Source of the DNA: a virus
IMG/VR virus record: IMGVR_UViG_3300027996_000014
Coordinates: 1 to 64,000 of that record
Length of the DNA stretch: 64,000 nt
Reading direction: 5' to 3' (one strand)
The notes under the pieces were generated by a model, which did no database searches, was not told where the DNA came from, and saw nothing but the letters and a program-made list of their open reading frames with translations. Shown piece by piece: positions 56,471 through 64,000 of the stretch; position 1 is the first letter of the stretch, and each line of letters begins with the position of its first letter. A program made the translations under genes and the position numbers.

Positions 56471-59400
56471 TTAACAAGTTAATAAAAATTCTTCAAACTG
56501 TCTTTCAAATTCCATATCTTGTACTGAAATTAAGTCGTCTGCTCCTAAATTAGTAGGAGTATTATCATTCTTTTTAATTTCGTTAAGTCTTTCTAAATTT
56601 AATGGTTTAATACTTGTTGGTTTAAAAGTAGGAGAGCTAAAATGTTCAGGATTTGAAGTATTAATTACTAATAATTTTGAAGCTCTTGATAATGCTACAT
56701 AAATTAAAGAATGTTTTTCACTTCCTATTATTTTTGCATCTTGTTTTAATATTGAAGAATTTCCTCTAGGTAATGTATCAGTTTCAAAAAATACATTTTT
56801 AATAGTACTACCTTGAGCTTTATGAATAGTTACAGCATGCCCAAAGTCAATAGCTTTACTTACTCGTAATTCATTTGCTATACCTTTATGTATTAAATAA
56901 TTATATTTTTCCATTTTTTTAGTAGAAGGATTATATATGTAATCACCTCCTATTAATGTATTTTCAAAATATTTAGAAGTAGATTCTACTGCACTATAAT
57001 AAGCTCCCCACATTCTATTATTAGCTAATGCTGCTTGTTTAGCAGAATGTAATTTACTCATTACATTAGATATTTCTTTATTGTTATTTTGAAAATCTTC
57101 TTCATTTAATTCATCAAATATAAAAGAATCATTTTCAGATAATTGCAAATATTTACCACTTGCATATTTACTTACTTTTTTAATACCTAATTTTTCTAAT
57201 TCTTCTAATTTCTTAGAAGTAGCTTCTATTGAATAAGCTGATCCTATTTTTTCTGTTTTAGTAATAGTATATTTCATACTATTTGCAATATTTTGTTTTT
57301 CTATTTGCTTTGAATTATATCCAGCATATCCTACAATTATATCACCAGGTATTAAATCACCAACTCTACCTAAAGTTTTACGAATTCTTAAATTAGATGC
57401 AGTAACACCTTTATTAGTATAACTAATAAGAGTAGATTCTTCTGGTTCTGCTTTAAATGTTTCTACTAATAAATTATTAAATTCAGTTGAAGCTAAATAT
57501 TTTAATTTATTAGAATTTTCTAATCTTGGTATTTTACCATTAGTATTTTTTCTAAGTTCAGTTAATAATTGTAATATTTTATCATCGTCAGTTCTTTTAA
57601 CTTCAGTTAATAATATTTGTTCTGGTGTGCTAAATGATTTAGAAACTTGTTTTACAACAGGATTTGAAACATCTACTTCAGGGATTTGTAAAATATCTCC
57701 CATAAATATAACTTTAACATTATAATTTTTAATAGCATCTTGAAGAATTTTATAATCTTTATTACTTAACATAGATACTTCATCTATTACCATAATATTA
57801 TCACTATATCCAAATTTATCAGTTAATTTTTTTCTTAATACTGATTCTTTTACTCCAGTTATTCTATTTTTAGATTCTCCTATTGCAGACGCTATAGTCA
57901 TAGGTAATTCTTTATTACCTGCTTTTACTGTTGCAGAAGCTAATTCAGTAGTTGCAGCATGTGTAGGAGCAAGATAAACAAATGTTGTATTTGGTAATAA
58001 TTTTTGTAAATATCCTATTACTGCAGTCTTACCTGTTCCAGCAGCTCCTTGTAAAGTAATTGCTTTTTTAGAATTACTATTTTCTACAAATTCAGCTAAT
58101 CTAGTTAATGCTTTATCTTGACCTTCAGTTAATGTAAAATCAGTATCAATAGTTCTATTTTTATAAGTAAATTTATTTTCTTTAACTTCAGGATTAGTCT
58201 CATTACTTGGCTGTGTAGATGGTTGTGTAGAAATAGCACCTGTATCATTATTAAAACCAAATTCTTCTTGTAGTCTTTGTTTTAAATAAGTATACGTCTG
58301 TGGAGCTTTTTCTTTAAGTTTTGCTAAACCAGTACCAAACCCATCTTTAGGGAATACTAATGATCTACCATCAGCTTTTATTTTAGCTATGTCAGAATCA
58401 ATAACGTTTTTGTTTGATTGTAAATCATTGTCAGACATAAATGCAGAAGCATTATTATTAGGTTGAAGCTTAGTAGCTATTCCAAAAGCATTTTCATTAT
58501 TTCTAATTTGAGCTTGTCCACCAGTACCTTTTCTTTGTGTGTTATCTCCAAATACATATATCTTATCAGGGTTAGCTTTTAAGTCAGCACTCGTATATCT
58601 ATTAACTACTTCTATTTTAGGTGTAGAAATTAAATTTGATTTTATAACCTCATTAGCTGGTTGAGAGAATGTTTTTTTATACACATCTCTAATAGCTTGG
58701 TCAGATTTTTTCCATACTTCAGTTGAAGATAAACTTCTTGAACCAATGCCTGCAAAGTTTTTAGTTAATGTAGGAGTATTAGCTGGTACAAAACCCCCTA
58801 ACAAAGAATTTGTTTCTGGATCAAGATGTACTTCTTTAACCCATTCAAACCAAGAATCTTTAGTACCATCATATACATAAACAGTCTTGCCTTCATTAAT
58901 AGCCATCTGTACCGCATACCCTGTACCTCCTTTTACTTGAGGAATTTTAGCTATTTTACCATGATTCATTACTGAATCTTTGTCAATAATTGTACCTACA
59001 GCATATACAGCATCTGAATATTTAACTTGTGCCCAATTTCTAATCATATAATTAGATCTAACTTGGTGAGTAGGAGCAATTCTTCCCATTTGTCTGGCAG
59101 CTATAGTAACTTTTTTCTGACCTTCATCATAATCTTTTTGAGATAGGTTAACAGGCTTGACACCCTTAAGTTCTGGACTGTCTAATTCAGTAGCTCCAGG
59201 TTCTCTATAATGGTTATGCTTTACAACTCTATATTCTCTTCCTATCTTATCCCAAGCTGTATCTCCCCCCTTAGCCCCACCTGAATGATTAGTAAATTCT
59301 GAAGGGCTATTAATCTCACTAACTGGTTGAGTAGATGTTACATCTGATTCTTTATTATTAGATTTAATTAAATTTAAAGATTCTTCAATTGCTGCTGGTA

Positions 59401-62400
59401 ATAAAGAATCAGGATTAATATTGAATCCCATTGTTTCTAAAAGTTCAATTAACATATCTACTAACTTAGTCCAAAAAGGTTTAGCATTTACATCAGTAAT
59501 TTCATTAAGTCTTTCTTGAAATCCTTTATCTGTAAGAGCCATTGTTACAAACTCTTGTAATTTAACAGTACCATAGTATTTACTAAGGTTTTTAGAATCA
59601 CTAAAATCAACAGATGGTAAATTAATGCCAATATCAAGATTATGCTTATCTAAATAATTAGCTAATGATGTTTGTTCGTCTACATTAAGAACTTTATCAC
59701 TACCATCTACATTATCTTTTCTCCATTTCCAAGTCCAATATTTTCTAGTCCAAGAATCTATTCCATCTTTTCCTTCTTTTTTTATTAATGCATCTATATA
59801 TTGTTTTTGTAAATTTTTTAAATTTTCAATAATAGTTATTTGAGCTTTTGTAAGTTGATCTAAATTTCCTTCTTCATACTTATAAATTAAATCAGAAGTA
59901 TAACCATGAATTGTTTCATGTGCAAATGCTGATGCAATAATACTATTATTACTATTATCTAAAGCTACTCCTAATCCTGATTTTTTATTTAAATTTAAAG
60001 TAATTTTACCATTAACATATTGAGCAACTCCCGCATTAACTTCATTTATAAAATTTAATTCTAACTTATCATTACCTTCAATTTGATTAAGCATATCTAA
60101 TAATTCTCTATTGTATGAATTAACATTATCATTAGTGATTAATTTATTCATTAATGATTTAAATGCTTTATTACCTGTTTCTTTTGTAGTAATTTTAATT
60201 TTGTTAACAGCTTTATCATTTTCATTATTAATTATATTAGGAGTAAATTTTTCTACTGGAGTAACTTTTATTGGTGATTTTTTATGAGCAGGATGTACTA
60301 TTGAATTATTATTATCAAAAGATTGAGAATTATATTGAACAAATCCATATTCACCTTTTAACATAGGTATCATTTCATATTTATTTGTTTCATCATTATA
60401 TTCATAAATTGCAAACCCTGCTTTTGATCTTGATAATTTTATACTTAAAAATTTAATAGGACTAACTGTATCAAATTCTTCATAAGTATACATTGATTTC
60501 TTAGTATCTTTAATTGTAAATGAACTAGGTATATCTTCTTTACTATCTATTTCATCTATTTTAATTGTACGAAGTAAATCTGGATTATTTTGAAAAAACT
60601 GTTTAGTAAACCCAGATGGTATACTATAAGAAGGTTCACCATTTTCATCAAGATGTCCATTAAATGTATTAGTAAAACTAAGAGAAGATTCACTTAAAGA
60701 TTTACCAAAGTTCATATTTTGCAAATATACAACAGGAATATATTTAAGATATTGTTTAGCTCCTTGATTACCTCCTTCAAGATAAGCAGCTAATATTAAC
60801 TCTTGAGCTAACATTCTCATAGTATAATCAATTCCATTAAATACACCTATTTTACTTTCTGATTTTAATAAGTAAAGAAATCCATCATAAATATTACTTT
60901 CATCATAATTCTCTGCAGTAGCTGCATCAAAATTAATTCTAGAAATTGTACCATCAATTTTTGGATCAGGTTCTAATTTATTTAAAAAATTATTTTCTCT
61001 ATACCATTGTTCACCTGATAATTGATTTAATATTGTAGCAAGACTTAAATTAGTTCCTGGAACATCTACAAATAACCTATTTCTTTCAATATTTGGATCA
61101 TAGGTCATTAAATTTGTATTAGTATTATTAAACATAAAAGAACGAATTCCTTTAAATATTTTATTAAATATTTCCATTTGTTTAACTGAAGATAAATCAC
61201 TGCCTCTTGGTATATGATTTTGTATTTCTTGATTTACTAAACTTACACCTAATTGTTGATAAGGAAAATATTTCTCATAAATAGTATTCGCAAACATTGC
61301 TCCATATTTTGCAGCAAAACCATTAATAGTAGTAGGTGTAACTAAACCATTTTTGTCATACTCTCCCATTAATTTATCAGCATTATAAATGCTATGGTTA
61401 CTAAGATTATTTACTTGTTTTACTTTAAAATTATTTTCAGTAAGTGAAGTAGGTAAACCTTTTGCTTCTGTATTAACAGCTGATTGAATTTTTTTAATTT
61501 CTTTACCTATTTCAGTAAGATTTCTAAATTTTTCTACTAATAATAATTGTTTAATATTAAAATCACTAGTAGTATTTTTAGAAATTACTAATTTACTTTT
61601 TAAGTTTTCTAGTAATTCTTCTCCTGATTGATTTTCTAAATGAGATAAATCATGCTCATTTACAAGTCTATTAGATTTATCATATTTAAGTAATAAATTA
61701 TCATAAATTACACTTTCAACATCTTGTACAAAAGGAGCTAATGAAGATCTACTATTTGTTAATTCTTCAATATATTCCCATATAATAGGTTGAGTAATTA
61801 ATCCTGAAATCTCAGTTTCTTCAAACCCTAATGAAACCATTGCCCGAATAGCATCAAAAGTTTCATTATTAATATTTAATTTATCTAAAATTTGTGCTTT
61901 TTCATTATCTACTGCAGTTGATTGTAAAGATTTAACAATATTAGACTTAAGTTTTAATGAACTTTTTTCATCTTTTGTTAATTCTCTTTTAGCAATTTTT
62001 GCATTTTGAATAATTTGCTGAGAACGTAAAGTATATTTATTTGATAAATCTCCTTTTGAAGTAATATTCCCAAAAGTAGCAATGTTATTATTATAAGTTA
62101 ATATAGATGATTGTGATGGCTTAGCTCCTTTTTTGAATAAAAATTTAGTATCTTCTTCTGAAAGATTTAAAATAGTTAATTCTTTACCTTGTGTAATTGT
62201 TACAAAAGAGGAATCTAATGAGAATGCACCTACTCCATTTTTACCTGAAGTTGCGTTAATAAATTTATTTCTTTGGTATGCATCAGAAAGAATTGTAACT
62301 CTTTCTTCTAATTCACCATTATCTTTTCTTATTTTATTAACTTTGTCTGCAATGTTTTTGAATTCACCAAATGAATCAATATCCATATTCATAGCAATAA

Positions 62401-64000
62401 TCTCTGGATTATTACTAGTCATAATTTTAATATGAATATCTATAATAGCATTTTGTCTATGTGCTACGTAAGAACGCTTTAACATTTTTAATTCAGCAAC
62501 AGCATCATTGTATTCTTTTTGAACAGTATTATTTAAATTTTTAAATAAATCAGCTATAAAGTCACTTACTTCTTTCTCATATATATCACTATTTTCAAAG
62601 CTTTCTAATAAATCTCTTTCCTCTTTATTAAACCCTAAATCTTTTTTAATATCTAAAATAGTTTCTACTACTTCTTTTATTTTCCCGTCAATTACTTTTT
62701 TACTTTTTAAGAAAGTAGTACTAAGTTTTCCATTTGTATAATGAGTATTGTACATGTACGTGTACAATTTATCAACATCAAAATCAGATCCCATTTGAGC
62801 AACCCAATCTCTTGGCGTTAATAGTAAATCTCCAGATGCTTCTGGTAAAAATCCTACTACTTCAATTGCAGCCATAGAACTCTTTGCTTGATTAGGAATA
62901 CGGAAACCAAATAAAGTTAATACTTTTTGAGGTATTTTTTTAAAATCTAATTTACCATCTGTTATAAAATCATTTATATTTAAAATTTGTCCTTTCTCGT
63001 CACGTATTTTAAACGGCAGCATAATTTGAGCAGGTAACATTTTACCTGTAAGCTTACCTTTTGCATCATATTCTGGACGCAAAGGCTGTAATCCTTTAGC
63101 AGCATCATAATTAGAAGAAAATACTACACCTGATTTAGCTAATTCTGCATCAGCTTCTGCCCCTTCTTTTCTTCTAAATCCTTCTTCAGACCCAAGTACT
63201 CCTGATTGACCAGGGAATTTTTGTTTAATTACTTTTTTACTAACAATTGAAGTAAGAATGCTTTCAAATTTAGTACTATAAGGAGATGACCATAATGGTA
63301 TTTTAAAATCTGTACCCTCTTCGTTTAATTCTAGTGAATCTAACATATTTCTAGGATATCCCTGCCTAGTCTTTACTTCTTCAATTAATATTTCTTGTAA
63401 TTTTTCAATAGGAATTGATTTACGTGAAACTGGATTACCATCTTCATCATATGTAAGTAGTCCTAGCTTCTCAGCAAGCTTCTCTTGTGCATTACCAAAA
63501 AGTTCATGATAATAGTTATCATATTCTTTTTTAAGTTGCTCTCCTGTAACTCCTGGCTCTATTTGTAAATCTAAAATATCTGAAAATAAAAGTTTACGAG
63601 CTTGTGTTCCTATATTAACAGAACTTTTACTACGGTCATAAGGTACATCTTGCTGTATTCTAAAGTTAGTTCTTGGTATAAATAATGCGTTGTCTGTTGT
63701 AATTTCAAGGTTATCTAATACGTTCCCATTATTATCAAATACATCTATAGAGCTTTCAATAGCACCTACTTTAGTTGCTGTACCAAAACTAGCTCTAACT
63801 GTAATGTTACTTTGGCCATTACCCGCATTCTTACTTTCTTTAGTTTCAAATTTTTCTAAAGCTATTCTAATTTTATCAATTTCAAGTTCAGTTGTTAATT
63901 GTGGAATTAATGGAAAACTAGAAGATTTAATATATAATCTTTTATCAATATTTTGTTCAACTGATAAAATATTACCAACATAAACTGGTTTCATCGGCTG
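56471..64000 (-). CDS. virion RNA polymerase polyprotein with zincin, SLOG-like, macro-like and SF1 helicase domains; 5' end outside window
   Basis: FRIP and QMGSDFDVDK catalytic motif (about 62770-62797); HETIH (about 59906-59920); GAAGTGKT, DEVSM, TIHKAQGST, YVALSRA; frame stays open to the window edge. Confidence 0.85.
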   Translation of the reverse strand, partial: QPMKPVYVGNILSVEQNIDKRLYIKSSSFPLIPQLTTELEIDKIRIALEKFETKESKNAGNGQSNITVRASFGTATKVGAIESSIDVFDNNGNVLDNLEITTDNALFIPRTNFRIQQDVPYDRSKSSVNIGTQARKLLFSDILDLQIEPGVTGEQLKKEYDNYYHELFGNAQEKLAEKLGLLTYDEDGNPVSRKSIPIEKLQEILIEEVKTRQGYPRNMLDSLELNEEGTDFKIPLWSSPYSTKFESILTSIVSKKVIKQKFPGQSGVLGSEEGFRRKEGAEADAELAKSGVVFSSNYDAAKGLQPLRPEYDAKGKLTGKMLPAQIMLPFKIRDEKGQILNINDFITDGKLDFKKIPQKVLTLFGFRIPNQAKSSMAAIEVVGFLPEASGDLLLTPRDWVAQMGSDFDVDKLYTYMYNTHYTNGKLSTTFLKSKKVIDGKIKEVVETILDIKKDLGFNKEERDLLESFENSDIYEKEVSDFIADLFKNLNNTVQKEYNDAVAELKMLKRSYVAHRQNAIIDIHIKIMTSNNPEIIAMNMDIDSFGEFKNIADKVNKIRKDNGELEERVTILSDAYQRNKFINATSGKNGVGAFSLDSSFVTITQGKELTILNLSEEDTKFLFKKGAKPSQSSILTYNNNIATFGNITSKGDLSNKYTLRSQQIIQNAKIAKRELTKDEKSSLKLKSNIVKSLQSTAVDNEKAQILDKLNINNETFDAIRAMVSLGFEETEISGLITQPIIWEYIEELTNSRSSLAPFVQDVESVIYDNLLLKYDKSNRLVNEHDLSHLENQSGEELLENLKSKLVISKNTTSDFNIKQLLLVEKFRNLTEIGKEIKKIQSAVNTEAKGLPTSLTENNFKVKQVNNLSNHSIYNADKLMGEYDKNGLVTPTTINGFAAKYGAMFANTIYEKYFPYQQLGVSLVNQEIQNHIPRGSDLSSVKQMEIFNKIFKGIRSFMFNNTNTNLMTYDPNIERNRLFVDVPGTNLSLATILNQLSGEQWYRENNFLNKLEPDPKIDGTISRINFDAATAENYDESNIYDGFLYLLKSESKIGVFNGIDYTMRMLAQELILAAYLEGGNQGAKQYLKYIPVVYLQNMNFGKSLSESSLSFTNTFNGHLDENGEPSYSIPSGFTKQFFQNNPDLLRTIKIDEIDSKEDIPSSFTIKDTKKSMYTYEEFDTVSPIKFLSIKLSRSKAGFAIYEYNDETNKYEMIPMLKGEYGFVQYNSQSFDNNNSIVHPAHKKSPIKVTPVEKFTPNIINNENDKAVNKIKITTKETGNKAFKSLMNKLITNDNVNSYNRELLDMLNQIEGNDKLELNFINEVNAGVAQYVNGKITLNLNKKSGLGVALDNSNNSIIASAFAHETIHGYTSDLIYKYEEGNLDQLTKAQITIIENLKNLQKQYIDALIKKEGKDGIDSWTRKYWTWKWRKDNVDGSDKVLNVDEQTSLANYLDKHNLDIGINLPSVDFSDSKNLSKYYGTVKLQEFVTMALTDKGFQERLNEITDVNAKPFWTKLVDMLIELLETMGFNINPDSLLPAAIEESLNLIKSNNKESDVTSTQPVSEINSPSEFTNHSGGAKGGDTAWDKIGREYRVVKHNHYREPGATELDSPELKGVKPVNLSQKDYDEGQKKVTIAARQMGRIAPTHQVRSNYMIRNWAQVKYSDAVYAVGTIIDKDSVMNHGKIAKIPQVKGGTGYAVQMAINEGKTVYVYDGTKDSWFEWVKEVHLDPETNSLLGGFVPANTPTLTKNFAGIGSRSLSSTEVWKKSDQAIRDVYKKTFSQPANEVIKSNLISTPKIEVVNRYTSADLKANPDKIYVFGDNTQRKGTGGQAQIRNNENAFGIATKLQPNNNASAFMSDNDLQSNKNVIDSDIAKIKADGRSLVFPKDGFGTGLAKLKEKAPQTYTYLKQRLQEEFGFNNDTGAISTQPSTQPSNETNPEVKENKFTYKNRTIDTDFTLTEGQDKALTRLAEFVENSNSKKAITLQGAAGTGKTAVIGYLQKLLPNTTFVYLAPTHAATTELASATVKAGNKELPMTIASAIGESKNRITGVKESVLRKKLTDKFGYSDNIMVIDEVSMLSNKDYKILQDAIKNYNVKVIFMGDILQIPEVDVSNPVVKQVSKSFSTPEQILLTEVKRTDDDKILQLLTELRKNTNGKIPRLENSNKLKYLASTEFNNLLVETFKAEPEESTLISYTNKGVTASNLRIRKTLGRVGDLIPGDIIVGYAGYNSKQIEKQNIANSMKYTITKTEKIGSAYSIEATSKKLEELEKLGIKKVSKYASGKYLQLSENDSFIFDELNEEDFQNNNKEISNVMSKLHSAKQAALANNRMWGAYYSAVESTSKYFENTLIGGDYIYNPSTKKMEKYNYLIHKGIANELRVSKAIDFGHAVTIHKAQGSTIKNVFFETDTLPRGNSSILKQDAKIIGSEKHSLIYVALSRASKLLVINTSNPEHFSSPTFKPTSIKPLNLERLNEIKKNDNTPTNLGADDLISVQDMEFERQFEEFLLTC

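Noticed and set aside
3811-63983. Antisense or alternative-frame ORFs in the track (e.g. 3811, 11588, 11806, 16082, 28710, 33735, 36556, 40868, 52417, 62133, 63690)
   Set aside because: They overlap well-supported genes or RNA candidates and show the biased composition of shadow ORFs
1-64000. Stop-codon reassignment as in some crAss-like phages
   Set aside because: Long genes are intact in the standard code and TAG and TGA are both used as true stops

Overview
The window is a 64-kb piece of an AT-rich crAss-like (Crassvirales-type) phage genome, probably infecting a Bacteroidota/Flavobacteriia host and using the standard genetic code. Minus strand 1-23.8 kb is the late module: amidase endolysin, holin-like genes, variable tail/receptor-binding genes, structural genes, major capsid protein, portal, terminase, HU/IHF-like protein and two tandem HTH genes. 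The strand switch at about 23.8-24.3 kb holds a 4 x 23-bp palindromic iteron-like array. Plus strand 24.3-51.1 kb is the early/middle module: a gene-poor stretch rich in RNA-like helices, small secreted proteins, an array of about 14 mini-genes joined by conserved 17-22 bp stop/start junction repeats, then PolB, GroES, ligase, two tandem structured-RNA candidates, helicases, primase, a MoxR/VWA pair, RusA-like and PD-(D/E)XK nucleases and an atypical UDG. Minus strand 51.1-64 kb holds two giant virion proteins, one a DFDxD-type virion RNA polymerase polyprotein fused to zincin, SLOG-like, macro-like and SF1 helicase domains. The best candidates for undescribed biology are the repeat-joined mini-gene cassette array (29.5-32.7 kb), the ncRNA candidates (25.4-26.2 kb and 36.56-36.97 kb) and the iteron/tandem-HTH locus. 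All calls were made by eye from motifs; no searches were run.
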